From Mobula hypostoma (taxonomy: Eukaryota): a DNA stretch of 64,000 nucleotides. The DNA is taken from NCBI RefSeq assembly GCF_963921235.1, contig NC_086097.1, forward strand, positions 102,240,001 to 102,304,000. The letters run 5' to 3'. Positions 13,300 through 26,139 of the stretch are shown piece by piece (the first letter of the stretch is position 1; the number at the start of each line of letters is the position of its first letter). The position numbers were made by a program, and so were the translations under genes. The notes under the pieces are model-generated. The model did no database searches, had not been told where the DNA came from, and worked only from the letters and a program-made list of their open reading frames with translations.

Positions 13300-14320
13300 T
13301 ACAGGAAGTTAGGATGGCGGGGGGGGGCAGAAAATGGCTGCCTGGTATGACAAGGAGATTGGATGTTTCATAACAGAGAAAAGTCTGTTGTGAGATATCT
13401 GTGGGTCAAGGAGATAATATACAGTGGAATAGAGAGATGGGATGATGAGGGAAAGGGAGGAAACATCTGAGAAGTCAGGGACATGACCGGAATATTGGGA
13501 TAAAGAAGTGAGATGCTGTGGGAAAGATGGGAAGCCATGTAACATAGAGGCAACTTGCTGAGAGATTGGGAGGAGTTACTCTAGGACCATGAGACTGTGG
13601 TGCATGCTTCGGTGCAGGTAATGTGTAAATGGAAATGAACAGTACTGTGGGCCAATGAGTTGACATTGTTGTTGAAGCATCAGACTGGGGGGAAAGGTAC
13701 TGTGGAGCATGGATGTGAGATGTTCTGGGATGGGGAAATGAGATCAGCAGTGAAATGGAGATGGACATGGAAAGGGGATGAGCGGAACAGGGAGGTGGCA
13801 TTCCATAACACAGAGAGCTAGGCTACTATGTGTCAGGGTGGTGGTGTTCCATAGGACAAGGAGAATGGGTGACAGGGCCATAACATGCTGTAGGACAAGA
13901 AGAGGATATTATTAAAATAAATACTGTAGAGTGGGGCAGGAAGATGGCATGAAGTAGGACAGTGAAATAGTATGCTATGAGTCAGCGAGAACATTTTCAA
14001 TAGAGCTGTGGCATGTTGTGGAAAGTGAGAACAAAGTGACCCTCAGGGAGATGAAGATGAAATACTATCTGACTTGGAGATCAGATTTTGTGGGACACGG
14101 AGAAAGGGTACACTGGGATAGGGAGCAATAATGCTGTGGGAGAGTTGAGAGTCTGTGGGAAAGGGAAATGGGGTTAAGTGGGATAGAGAGATGACAGTGT
14201 GAGATGGTAAGATGACTTTCTGTAGGACAGTGAGATGGAGTGTTGTAAGAGACAGATGTGATTCTATAGATCAGGGAATTAATATGCTATGGAGCAGGGA
14301 TATGATATTCTTTGTTACAG
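13300..14320 (+). repeat. Old degenerate purine-rich tandem repeat (recurring tgtgggac...gagatg motif)
   Basis: Strong G/A skew with repeated gctgtggga/ggacaaggagatg words; the same motif reappears at ~17395-17490 and ~18270-18410. Confidence 0.5.
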
Positions 14321-14334
14321 GGAAGGTGTCATGC

Positions 14335-14764
14335 AAGATTCCCAGAAGTTAATTCACAGGGTGAGTCTATGATAAAGAAGGCAAATGCAATGTTGCCACT
14401 TATTTCAAGGAGAATAGAATATAAAAGCAAGAAGATAATGCTGAGTCTTTATAAGACTAGTCAGGCCGTACTTGGAGTATTGTCAAAGGTTTGGGCCCCA
14501 TATCTCAGAAAAGATGTGTTGTCACTGAGAGAGTCCAGAAGAAGTTCACAAGGATGATTCTGGCAATTAAGGGGTTAACATATGAGGAGCAACTGGCAGC
14601 TTTGGGCCTGTGCTCACTGGAATTTAGAAGAATGTGTGGGGATCTCATTTAAACCTACTGAATGTTGAAAGAACTAAATAGGGTGGATGTGGAGAGGATG
14701 TTTCCTAAGGTGGGGGGTATCCAGAACTAGAGGGCACAGCCTCAAAATTGAGGGACAACCTTTT
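14335..14764 (+). mobile_element. CR1 LINE fragment
   Basis: KKANAMLPLISRRIEYKSKKIMLSLYKT...VWAPYLRKDV..., SRTRGHSLKIEG. Confidence 0.85.
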
Positions 14765-15705
14765 AAAACAAAAGAACACTCCAAGCAACTCCACAGAAAG
14801 GTTATTGAAAAGCAGCAGTTGGGAGTTGGATACAAGAAAATTTCCAGGTCACTGAATATCCCTTGGAGTACAGTTAAGTGAATCATCAAGAAATGGAAAG
14901 ACTATGGCACAGCTGTAAATCTGGGCAGAGCAGGCCTTCCTCAAAAACTGAGTGGCCAGGCAAGAAGGGGCCTAGTAGGGGAGGCCGCCAATAGACCTGC
15001 AACAACTCTGGAGGAAATGGGGGACAAAACACTATCCCTACCCTGAAGCATATTGGTGGTTACATCAGGCAGTGGGAATGCTTCACTGCGGCAGGCCCTG
15101 GAAGGCTTGTGAAGGTAGATGGTAAAATGAATGCAGGGAAAACCTGATGCAGTCTGCAAGAGAACTGCGACTTAGGATAAGATTTGTTTTCTAGCAAGAC
15201 AATGACCCAAGAATAAAGCCAAAGCTACACGGGAATGGCTTAAAAACAACAAAGTTAATGTCCTGGAGTGGCCAAGTCAAAGTCCAGACCTCAATCCAAT
15301 TGAGAATTTGTGGCTGGAGCTGAAAAGGCTGTTCACTCACGATTCCTGTGCAATCTGACAGAGCTTTAAATGTTTTGTAAAGACGAATGGGGTAAAATTG
15401 CAGTGCCCAGGTATGCAAAATTTATAGAGACCTATCCACACAGACTGGAGGCTGTAGTTGCTGCCAAAGGTGCAGCTACTAAATACTGACTTGAAGGGGG
15501 TGTGTAATTATGCAATCAATTACTTTGTGTTTAATAATTGTAATAAATTTAGACCAATTTGTTTTCACTTTGACACAAAAGAATCTTTTCTGTTGATCAG
15601 TGTCAAAAAATCCAAATTAAATCCAAAGTGATTCAAGGTTGTAAAAACAATAAAACATGAAAACTTCCAAGTGGGGGAGGGGGTGAATACTTTTTATAGG
15701 CACTG
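14765..15705 (+). mobile_element. Tc1-family transposon relic (transposase fragments and right TIR)
   Basis: KTKEHSKQL..KVIEK...GYKKISRSLNIPWSTVK (paired-like HTH), [20 protein letters not shown] (DDE motifs); ends ...gaatactttttataggcactg followed by TA. Confidence 0.92.
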
Positions 15706-17389
15706 TATCTGCCAGGTAAAATATGTCAGACTTAGCAATTCATAATTTGTTCTCCAAGCTGCTTATCACTTAAAAATGCTACAATACTATCCTAAAGTGC
15801 ACCAAAGCACAAAGACAATTACCTTTTGATAACATTCAGAACTTTGTATGCATTAGCCATTCAAAATCTTATTCATTTTCCTCACAAGATTGCCAAAGAT
15901 GATTTTGAAGTGTACTTGATTTGATGAAGTTAACAGCCATTATTACAGCAGCATTATGAAGTTGTTGTGCAAATATTCTCCCAATTTTTTTGTCACCAAA
16001 CGCAGACGGTGGATAACAGAGTGTATGCAAAAAGCAGCAGGCATAGTATTTTTTAAAATAAGCAATGAATCCTCTGTATCTTTCTACCATCAAAGCAGCC
16101 TCAGTTGCACAAGCCATTATATTTTCCAGCGGAATATTGTTTTTCCAAGAAATGGCTCTTGACTTCAAAAATTGTTTCACCTTTGGTATGTGTCTTAAGC
16201 TTTCAGGCAAAAAGCATTTCCTCACTGGCCTGATCATCATTCGTTATCACATAATATGGTTTCATTGATTTGCAGGACAAAATCCTTAACTCACAGTTAT
16301 ATAACTAGCTGTTTTTCCACATCATCTGACATTTCATCAATCCACCTTGATGCTGATGAATTTCTCATGGGGATTGCTTGAATAGTTTCATATGTATAAC
16401 AGTAGAAATTGTAACAGAAATTGCAGCCAGAATCAATAATTCACCTATATTATGTGGCTTGCCTGTTTTTACAATTAAGTTTGAAATTGAGATGAGATTT
16501 ATATATAAAAACAGTAACAACAATACAATTGTATGAGTAGGCTCTATAGAAAATTAGTAAATGTCAAAGAATTATAACAAGCATGTGAAAAAGTATCAGT
16601 ATTGAATATACTCTACATGTAAAAATAAAACTAGCTTTTTGGCAGTTCTTTTTAATAATTTAATTTTTAGGTGAATGTTTTTTTAAATGCTATTATTGCA
16701 AATTCCATGTGGCAACAAAGAGTGTGTACTCAACAAGAAAAGCAAATTGGATTTCTTTCAAAACATGAGAAGTATCAGGGATTTAATGAAAGTTGTGGTG
16801 GTAGATAGAGATGGAATGTTAGGCTTCTGGTGTTCTTGCCTCTCTGCAGTTTGGCCATTTCTGGCAGATGACCCCCACTGCAGTAACTGCAGCCTTCATG
16901 TCACGTTTTGTGAGTATTATAACACGCACAGGTCGGTGGATGGCAAACAGAACCAGCCTCCTGCTACATACTCACTGACTGGCCCAGCTGCAGACAGCCC
17001 CACCCAATGTGCAGTCGGTAATTTTGGGGGTGGATGTGGAGCAATTAGTGGGCCGCCCTGCAGGGTGTGATTGGTGATTTGTGTGTGGTCAAGCAGGAAT
17101 AGAGATAACGATTGACATGCTGAACGCTGCCACACACACACACATCATCTATCATATTTTCCCATTCATTTCATTCAGAGTTCCGATTAAATTACATATA
17201 ATAATAACTTTTTTACTTATATCCATATTTTAGTAATATTTCATTAAAATGGTAAACTTGTAATGGCCCATTCAGAAACCCTTGTGGCCACCAGTTTCTT
17301 GTCATTATTTCTTGTGTCCCTTTTGAAATCTGGCAGGGCTTCTGGAGCCCCTGGGGTGGGGGATGCATATGATCCAATTGAGAACCACT
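15706..17389 (-). mobile_element. hAT (Charlie/Buster-type) transposon relic, 5' half
   Basis: Minus-strand transposase fragments (NIPLENIMACAT.AALMVERYRGFIAYFKK, HC.IHR.HLV-like, KSDIFYLAD) and a CAGTGGTTCTCAA TIR at 17389-17377; truncated at the Tc1 end. Confidence 0.8.
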
Positions 17390-17499
17390 GACCTAGTGGC
17401 ATAAGGAGATGGGTAGCTGTGGGACACAGAGATGAAATACTGTCATTACAAGCTATGGGACAAGGTGATGAAAAGTTGTAGGACAACATGAATAAATAT

Positions 17500-18255
17500 T
17501 AGAGACATACAGCACCTAAACAGGGCTTCTGGCCCACCAGATTGATACCTACTATTGTGTACCCATCTGTACTAACCCAATTTACTATCACTCTATAAAC
17601 CTTGACAATACAAATGTTTGTCTAGATATCTCTTAAATGTTGAGTGAGTACCTGTCTCCATCATCAACTCAGTGCACTCCTGACTCAAACCATCCCCCCG
17701 GCAAAAGAGTCCTTCCTAAGATCGACTCTAAGTGTCTTACCCCTTACCCTGGAACCGATACCTTTTAGTTTCAAATAGCTCTGCTGCGGGAAAAGAAGCT
17801 TTCTGCTCTCTACATTACCTTTGCCCTCATAATCTTTGTCCACTCATTCTCCTCTCCTCCAAGGAAAATTAACTTAGCCCGTCCATTCTCTCCTCAGAAC
17901 TGAAATGCTCCATCCTGGTCAATGATTGCTGTCCTCTGCAGTGCAGCTATGCTCCTAGAACGTAGAGACAGAAATGCACACAGTACTCCAATAATGTTTT
18001 ATAAAGTTACATATAATTTCCCTTCTCTTGTATACTGTTCCCTGGCTATCAAGGGATGTATAGTATCTCCTTTGCCTTCTCCATCATTTTATCAGGGATC
18101 TTTGGATTTGTGCACCAATTTCCTCTATTCCTTGATACTTCCCAAGGCCTTTCCATTCATATACATGTCGTACTAGTCTTCCCAAGATGCATCACCCCAC
18201 ACCCAATAAAACTAAATTTCACCTTCCATTGCTCTGACTATCTTACCAACCAATC
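17500..18255 (-). mobile_element. CR1 LINE fragment, old
   Basis: Reverse-strand CR1 ORF2/3' end words (gagtactgtgtgcatttctg; gggtaaggggtaagacacttagagt; ctggtgggccagaagccctgtt). Confidence 0.65.
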
Positions 18256-18424
18256 GTTATTATCCATGCTGAGAGACAAGGAGATGAGATGTCACCAGAG
18301 AGGGAGATAAGATATTGTGACCTTGGGACATAGGACGTGGGAAGGGATGACCTGTGGGGAACAGGAAGATGGGTGATTGTTGTGGGAGAGATAAGGATAA
18401 GACATGAGACTGGCCAGCTTGTAA

Positions 18425-19605
18425 GTACGGCTGGCTACACAGGTTGATAGGGTGGTTAAGAAGGCCAAGGAATTGAGTTCAAAAGTCAGCAAGTTATGTT
18501 GCAGATGTATAAAACTCTAGTCAGGTTGCATCTGGAGTATTTAATACAACTATGGTCACCCCTTTCTAGGAAGGATGTTGAGGCTTGGGAGAGGCTGCAT
18601 AAGAGGTTTACCAGGATGCTGCTTGGATTAGAAGCCATGTGCTATTATGAGAGGCTGGACAAACTTGCACTGTTGTCTTTGGAGTGCTAGAGGCCGAGCA
18701 GAGAACTGATAGAGGTTTATAGGAATACGAGAAGCATGGACAGAGTAGACAGACAGTATCTATTTTCCCAGGGTTGAAATGTCTAACACCAGACGGCATA
18801 CATTTATGGTGAGGGGAGATCATTTCACAGGAGTTATGAGGGGCAAGTTTTTTACACAGAGTGGCGGATGTCTGCAATATGCTGCCTGGGGTTGGTGTTA
18901 GGCAGATACATTCGGTGCTGTACTGTTGTATGCTCTGAGTATCTTATAGCAGGGTTCTCCCATAATTGTAAGGCATGACACTAAAATAAGAGTGTTGACA
19001 GTGAAGGTGTTGTCAGGAGCTATAGACTGATCTTGATCAACTGACTACATGGGCTGAGGAAAAACTATGGCGTTTAATTTGGGTAAGTGTAGGGTGTGGT
19101 ATTTTGCAGGACCTTCACAGGAACCACTGAGCCCTGGGGAGTGTTGCAGGGCGGAGGAATCTAGGAGCAAAAGTACATGGTCCCCTGAAAGTGTGTCGTA
19201 GGTAGACAGGATAGTGAAGCACTGAGTACAGATGTTGCAGTTGTACAAAATGTTGTTGAGGTCACTTTTGGTTGTCCTGTTATAGGAAAGGTGCAATTAA
19301 GCTAGAAAGAGTTCAGGGGAAATTTATGAGGATGTTATCAGGACTTATGGGCCAGAGTTATGGAGAGGTCTTAGTGTGCATTCTTTTTCCCAAGGTGGGA
19401 GAATCAAGTACTAGCGGGTGTAGGTTTAAGGTGAGAAGGGAAAGACTTAACAGGAAATTGAGGGGCACCTTGTTTGTCCAGAGGGAGGTCAGTATATGGA
19501 ATATGCCACCAGAGGAAGTGGCTGAGGCAGGTACACTAACAATATTTAGAAGGTATTTGGACAGATACATAGCTAGGAAAAGTTTAGAGGGATATGGGCC
19601 AAACA
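18425..19605 (+). mobile_element. Two CR1 LINE fragments (~18425-18915 and ~18990-19605)
   Basis: MLQMYKTLVRLHLEY..QLWSP..RKDVEAWERLHKRFTRML; CYRKGAIKLERVQGKFMRML...VSIWN.PEEVAEAGTLTIFRRYLDRY. Confidence 0.85.
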
Positions 19606-20653
19606 CAGAGCTTGCAATTACATAAATGCTTGGAAACAATTGCCTTTTATCTACATCTAACAAATTACATTGATAAAATGTAAAACATGCAGTGGGTATC
19701 TGAAAAAGAAATGTTACGCTTAGTGTTGGTTGATACCTGATGTGATGATGGAGGCAGAAAATCTCTCAATATTTATAAAGTATTCAGATGAGCACTTGAG
19801 CATAGAAGGCCACAAGCTGAGTGATGGAAACTAAGATTAGCCTAAGCAGGTACTTGATAGCTGACATAGACAGTGGACTGAAGGACCAGTCTGCACAGTG
19901 ACATCAGCTTCAGGTTGATTCAAGAAGTGAAGTTATGAGGCCAAGTTGCATTTACAATGCCTTTGTTCCCTGAAGCGAGCGGATTAAGAGATGGTTAAGA
20001 TAATAAGTATGTAATGGGCAAATGGAGACAGATTATTTCCTCTTTTGGGGTAATGTGAAACTAACAAATAGAATAGGATCTGGACCACACTTTTCAGGGT
20101 GATATCCAAAACACGTGAAGGTTGGGGCAAATCTAGAGTATAGTTGAGGCTGTAGCTGGCAATCAAATGAAATTTTAAAACTGAGATTGTTCTTTTTCAT
20201 AGTTAGGGGAAAGTGGTAATAGTTGTGAAAACCCAAAAGTGTGAAGAAAGATATAGATCAGACAGGGTGTAATTGATTGACAGGACTGTCATGAGGTCTG
20301 ATTATGTTCTGAAGTCTGGATTAGTCATAGATCTTGCGATAGTCATTCATTGTTTCGAGGAAAGGCTTCATATTTACAGGATAAGAGTACGGTGGTTCAA
20401 TACCTGAAATCCCAAACCCCAGGGTGGGGTACACGTATTGTGACAGGAGCCTCGTAATTCTGAGCAAAGGTGTGAAAAAACGGTATTAGATTGGTCTCAT
20501 CTTTCACACATAAAAAAGGAATATTGAGCATAATTGATGTGATTAGATCTATTTATCATAGAGGATTCTGTATTTATTGAAAGGGATAAAAGAGAGAGGG
20601 AGATTTGTTCTAAAGTACATATAGCAATGAGTATATTTCCTTACCCAAATACA

Positions 20654-20910
20654 GGCATAGTGATTAGCACAACACTATTACAGCTCGGGGCATTAGGGTT
20701 TGGGGTTCAATTCTGGTGCTGTCTATGAGTAGTTCATGCGTTCTCCCCATGGCCTTGTGGATTTCCTCCAGGTTCTCCGGTTTCCTCCCACAGTCCGAAA
20801 ATGTACTGGTTAGTAAGCTAATTAGTCATTGTAAATTGTCCCGTGATTAGGCTAGGAGGGTTGCTGGGTGACCTAGCTCATAGTTCCACGCTAAATACAA
20901 TAAAATAAAG
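20654..20910 (+). mobile_element. tRNA-derived V-SINE (HE1-like)
   Basis: tRNA-like head (agtgattagcac...ggttcaattc) and V-domain (gttctccccatggc..gtggatttcctccaggttctccggtttcctcccacagtcc), ending aataaaataaa. Confidence 0.8.
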
Positions 20911-21354
20911 CCTTCATCCACTGTGTCAATTGCATAACTTTTGCAAAAGTGCAAGGGGATGGAAATTTTATCAGTTGTCTGCAGTGTCTGAGTGGGTGGT
21001 GCACTTGTCAAGTCTGTGTGTAAAAACTTCTGCTCCAGAAGTGAGAATAAACCCCAGGGCTGAATATCTAGTGTACTTCTGTAGCAGCGCAGGTCTGCTA
21101 GAAGTACTTCAAAGTAAATGCACGTCTTCTAGTGATTGGTGTTTCTACACTCGGGTAATCAGATTTCCCCTCAGCTTCTGACACTCCAATGAAAACAATC
21201 TAAGTTTCTCCAGCCTCTCATGATAGCACATATACACTAATCCAGGCAGCATCCTGGTAAACCTCTTCTGCAACTCCCTCCAAAGCTTTTATACAGCTCC
21301 AAATCAATTTACCGATACTTATACGCAATGCGTCGTCAAATGAATGGAAGCACA

Positions 21355-21565
21355 CTATATGCCTTCTTTGCTTTCTCCCTCCCCCCCCCCACCTTTTAAC
21401 TCCACTCCTCGTCCTTTTTTCTGCAGGTGTCCTACTGAAAGGTCTCGGCCCAAGATGTCGACTGTACTCTTTTCGATAGGTGCTGCCTGGCCTGCTGAGT
21501 TCCTGCAGCATTTTGTGTGTGTTGCTCGGATATATAGCATCTGCAGATTTTCTCTTGTTTGTGAT
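21355..21565 (+). mobile_element. Penelope-like pseudo-LTR fragment with degenerate hammerhead motif
   Basis: gtcctactgaaaggtctcggcccaagatgtcgactg...tgctgcctggcctgctgagttcctgcagcattttgtgtgtg, homologous to the pLTR at 41130-41260. Confidence 0.75.
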
Positions 21566-21669
21566 AATGGATTATCTACATGCATGATTGCTTTCAGGAA
21601 TTCTTTTGCTGTATATACAGAGTTTTTGTGTGTTCCTGATACATGGACCCAGGGCTCGCAATAACATCC

Positions 21670-24112
21670 TCAGTGCTCTTTCTGCACTTCGAGTGATTGC
21701 GGGCCTGGTCTCTGGAAGCCAAGGAGGGAGTAATTATGAGGAGAACTGCAGAAATTGAAGAGGTAGAACATTGCTCATCACCAATAACAACGAGATGGCC
21801 TACGGAAAGGGGGTGGGAGAGCTCAAGGCCTGGTGCCAGGGAGGTAACCTCCACCTCAATGTCATCAAGACAATGCAGGTAGTTATCAACCTTCAGGAGA
21901 ACTCACAGCACTTTAGATCGGCAGCACAGCAGTGGAAACTGCCGGGAGTGCAGAGCTGACACAATCTCTCGTAGTCCTAGACCATATTATACACAATCAG
22001 GAGAGCTCTACTTCCTGAGGTGGCTGAAGAGAGCTGGACTCTGCACACCTCTGTACTTACATCCTTCAACAGATACGAGGTAAAGAACATCCTAACAAGC
22101 TGCATCACTGCATGATACGGAAACTGCACTGCGGCGGACAGGAAGGCCCTACAGCAGTAGTCAAAACTGCCCAAAACATCGTCGGCACCAGCCTACTCAC
22201 CATCAAGGACACCTATACGGAAGGATGCCAGAAACAGCTGAGTAACATCATGAAGAACCCAACCCACCCTGCTGATGGACTGTATGTCCCACTCCCATCA
22301 GTGAGGAGGCTATGTAGCATCCACACCAGACTCAAAAACAGTAAGGCTGATTAACACCTCCACCCACTAAACTTACCCTCCACACTCCCAACCACCACTA
22401 CTGTAGCTTACCGTCTCAGTGCATGCCCTTGTTGAAGAGGTCAAGGTAGCCAAGGTAAGATCAGTCTTGATGCTTCGAGACTCAAAAGACCCTGTCATCA
22501 AGGACACCCAGCCGGATGTGAGATCAGGCAGGAAGTGGTCAGCCCGTGTAGCAGTTGATGAGGCAGAGTCTAGATTGAAGCAGAAGGAGACAGTTGGAGC
22601 TACCCAGCTAGGTTTCCAGGGACTTGGATGGACAACCCACAAGCGGTGGTCATCTTTTACAGGTAAGGAGCGCCGTGAGCTTGTAACACAAGAAATACGA
22701 GAGGTAGAAGAGGAGAGGAGGTTATCTAAAACAGCTGGCCTGGCCAGACAAGGGGCTTGGACCTGGTGGGAAAGTGTTGAACAACAACATCTATCTTGGG
22801 ATGTTCTGTGGCAGATGGAACCGCTCCGCATTTCTTTTCTATGCAGAGCAGCGTACGATCTGCTCCCAATACCTGCCAACCTCAGCACCTGGTATGAAGA
22901 TAAGACAGACAGGTGTGCTGCTTGTGGCGAGAAGGGAACACTTCAACATATTTTGAGTGCATGCAGAGTCAATCTTTCCAGCAGCATGTACACTTGGAGA
23001 CATTACAACGTTCTCAAAGTTGTAACAGAAGCGGTTGAGCAGAGAATACTGCAGCACAACTTATCTCATGCCCCTTGCTGCACAGAACATCGCATATTGA
23101 TTGTGAAAGAAGGTTCCAAGTAAAGGGTGCACAGCGCAGGCTCACGATCAAGCTTACTTTCTTCAGCCAATGATTGGTGTGTCAAGGCCGACCTGGATGG
23201 GAAAGGCAGTTTCCCAGAGCAAATAGTTTTCACCACATTACGTCCAGATATAATCATATGGTCTGACACCAGTAGAGAAGTGGTTATTGGTGAACTCACA
23301 GTCCCCTGGGAAGACAACATTGATGAAGCCCATGAGCGCAAGTTAACCAAATATGCAGAATTAAGATCAGAGTGCAGAGACAGAGGGTGGAAGGGCTCAT
23401 GCTATCCATTCGAAGTAGGCTGCTGTGGCTTTATTGCGTTCACTTTCCAGAAGTGGCTGCATGACCTTGGCTTCAATAGAAGAGAGATCAAGTCAACTAG
23501 CAGGTCTGTAGCTGAGGTAGCAGAGAAAGGATCAGCATGGTGTACCTTTACTCTGGATACCAAGTATGTCCAGAGGGGCAGATAGTCAGACAGTGTATAC
23601 ATATCTCGCAAATCCTTCAGTGGTTGCATAGACACCTGAAGAGCAGACTATCTGTTGGATGGAAGTGACCAACAACTCTGATAGAAGCAGATGCCAAGTT
23701 TTTAAGCTCACCAGTGGGAGGTGGTGCTTTAGTACTGCTGGCCCACCACCTCGAGGGAGTCTTGATCATAAGCGGGCCGAAACTCCTGAAGACAGGTGTC
23801 ATATCAACTGGTGATCCCACTGGTGATAGCACAGGACAGTTAACATCTTAGTCCACATGTGTTTTTTAACCCAAAATTCCCTGTCTGCCACTTTATGTAG
23901 AGACAATCCTGTGCCCAGCATCACTTCATGTATACAAGCAATCTACGTATATACACTACCTTATGTAGTTATGTTTATTGTGTTTCTTTTTTATTATTCT
24001 GTTCTTCATTGAGTTTTTTTGGTGCTGCATTGGGTGCGGAGTAACAATTATTTCATTCTCCTTTACACTTGTGTACTGGAAATGACATGAAGCAATATTG
24101 AATCTTGAATTG
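21670..24112 (+). mobile_element. Rex1/Babar LINE 3' portion, split by the HERO insertion (21670-22402 and ~23873-24112)
   Basis: NILTSCITA*YGNCTAADRKALQ..VKTAQNIVGTSLLTIKDTY...NPTHPADGLYVPLPSVRR; the 3' UTR resumes after 23873 and ends in a (ttgaatc)n tail. Confidence 0.8.
22403..23872 (+). mobile_element. HERO-clade (R2-group, restriction-like endonuclease) non-LTR retrotransposon, 5'-truncated
   Basis: ORFs 22419-23123 and 23127-23585 share a frame, separated by one TAA; C-X2-C-X7-H-X4-C knuckle (CAACGEKGTLQHILSAC), YTWRH..VL, RLE motif RPDI...ELTVPWE...ERKLTKY, EVGC.GF; upstream SGRKW/GLG/QGAWT motifs typical of HERO. Confidence 0.85.
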
Positions 24113-24299
24113 AATCGCCCGTTGATTTGGTTCAAAGATTAGGATGATCTGAAGGGGTACATGTGCGTCATATCAGAAGCATATCAGGTAAAGGGGGACT
24201 TATCAGGCTTTCATTCCCATTGTGCGATGAAATAATGTAATAGAATGGGAAAAACTGACCTAAGGAAGAGACAGACTCAAGAAATACTTAGAGTCCAAA

Positions 24300-25105
24300 T
24301 GTTAACCCGCATCCGCCACTTCTGCTGGCAACTCAGTCTACACTATCACCGCCCTCTAAGTGAAGAAGTTCACCATTAAATATTCCACCTTTCACCCTAG
24401 TCTCACCCAATGTGAGGAAAACGATCCGGGATGGATTTACCTCATCTATACCCTTCATACTTTTGTATACCTCTATAAGGTCTCCCGTTGTTGTCTTACT
24501 CTCCAGGCAATAAAGTTCTAATCTATTCAACTTATTCCTATATCTCTGCTCTTCAAGTCCTGCTGGCATCCTTGTGAATTTCCTCTGTACTCTTTCAACC
24601 TTATTTATATCTTTTCTGTAGGTAGGCGACCAGAACTGCACACAGTACTCCAAATTTGGCCTCACCATGTCCTATACAACATCAACATAACATTTTACTC
24701 CTGTACAAGATACTTTAATTTATAAAGGCCAATGTGGCAAAAGCTCACTTTATGACCCTATCAAACTGTGATGCCACTTTCAAGAAATTATGGGTTGATA
24801 TTCTCAGATCCCTTTGTTGTATCAAACACTTCAATGGCCTACCACTCGCTCCCTCAGTCCTACCTTGATGTGCCCTGCCAAAGTGCAACACCTCATACTT
24901 GTCTGAGTTTAGATCAGAGATGTGGAGCGATTTCTTTACCAGAGGGTGGTGAATCTGTGGCTATGGATATATTTGAAACAGGTTAGTAAATGTATCAAAG
25001 GTTATGGGGAAAAAGCAGGAGACTGGGTTGAGAGGGATAATAATCTAGCCTTGATCAAATGGGCTGAATGGCTTAATTGTGAACCTATTGCTTATGGTTT
25101 GTAAG
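24300..25105. mobile_element. CR1 fragments: minus strand ~24300-24900, plus-strand 3' end ~24910-25105
   Basis: MVRPNLEYCVQFWSPTYRKDINKVERVQRKFTRM (minus); FYQRVVNLW and 3' end cctattgcttatggt (plus). Confidence 0.85.
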
Positions 25106-26139
25106 CACAATGGCTATCCAGTGTTAACTGCAGTCAACACAAGTTATTATAGAGAAGGTAGTTTATTATCCCAAATTCATCTGGTCAATGCAAGTCTTCA
25201 AAATGCACATAAGCCTTCTTTCACCTGACTTCAGTCAACTCTGCTGGTATCACTGCTTTTTAATCTGATTTAAGACAAAAATATCTTGTACCTAATGAAG
25301 TGGCCACTGCTTGTATGTTTGTAGTCTTCTGCTGCTATAGTCTCTAAGCACCTAAGCTTCTCGTGCAGTCTCATTGTGGATTTGGCTATTCCAGTTCAGG
25401 ATCTGATCATGGTAACTCCCAGGATATAGTTTGTGGGGAATTCGGTGATGCTAATGCTACTGAATGTCACCGGGTAATTGCTGGATTTTTTTTCCAGTTG
25501 GATGTTGTCATTGCCTGCCTGGTGTGGCCCCAGTATTACTTGTACATATTCCCTTTTGTCATTTGCTTTCTGTTGCCTTCCATCCCTTTCACAAATTTTG
25601 CTTTCTGTTCCTTCTCCCACCTTGCTTCTCTTCAGCTTTGTCTAATTTACAACTTTACCCAGTTCTGTTGAGAAGCATTGACCAGGAATATGAACTGCTT
25701 CTCTCTCCACAGAAGCTGCCTGACCCGTGGAGCATTTCCACCACCTTCTGTCTTTGATTCAGGTTTACAGCATTTTAAGTACTTTATTAACATGCCTCAG
25801 AGCACCATGTAGAAATGCAAGAAGTCAGCTCTGCCATCTATGAAGACAACGAAACTGTGCAATGAAGAATGGGTAATAAAAGTCGGCCTTGCCAGCAAGC
25901 CCTTATGTCTCACGAGGTAACCACCTGAGATTTTGAAAGAGATTAGTTGATAGATAAATAAAAGGCAGGACAATAGGCAGAACCAGCTTAGTTACCGCAT
26001 TGGAAATTTAAGTACCCAACACAGGTGTCAATGAATAGGCTCTAACTCCGCTGCTTTGAGAACATTCCCTGATTGAACTAAGCGATTCTCCTTTGATGAT
26101 GATGATGACTATCACCCTGACCCTAACCTTAACCCTGAC

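Noticed and set aside
24300..25105. Twin-primed inverted CR1 insertion
   Set aside because: The two oppositely oriented pieces overlap on the consensus and no shared TSD was found; probably independent insertions.
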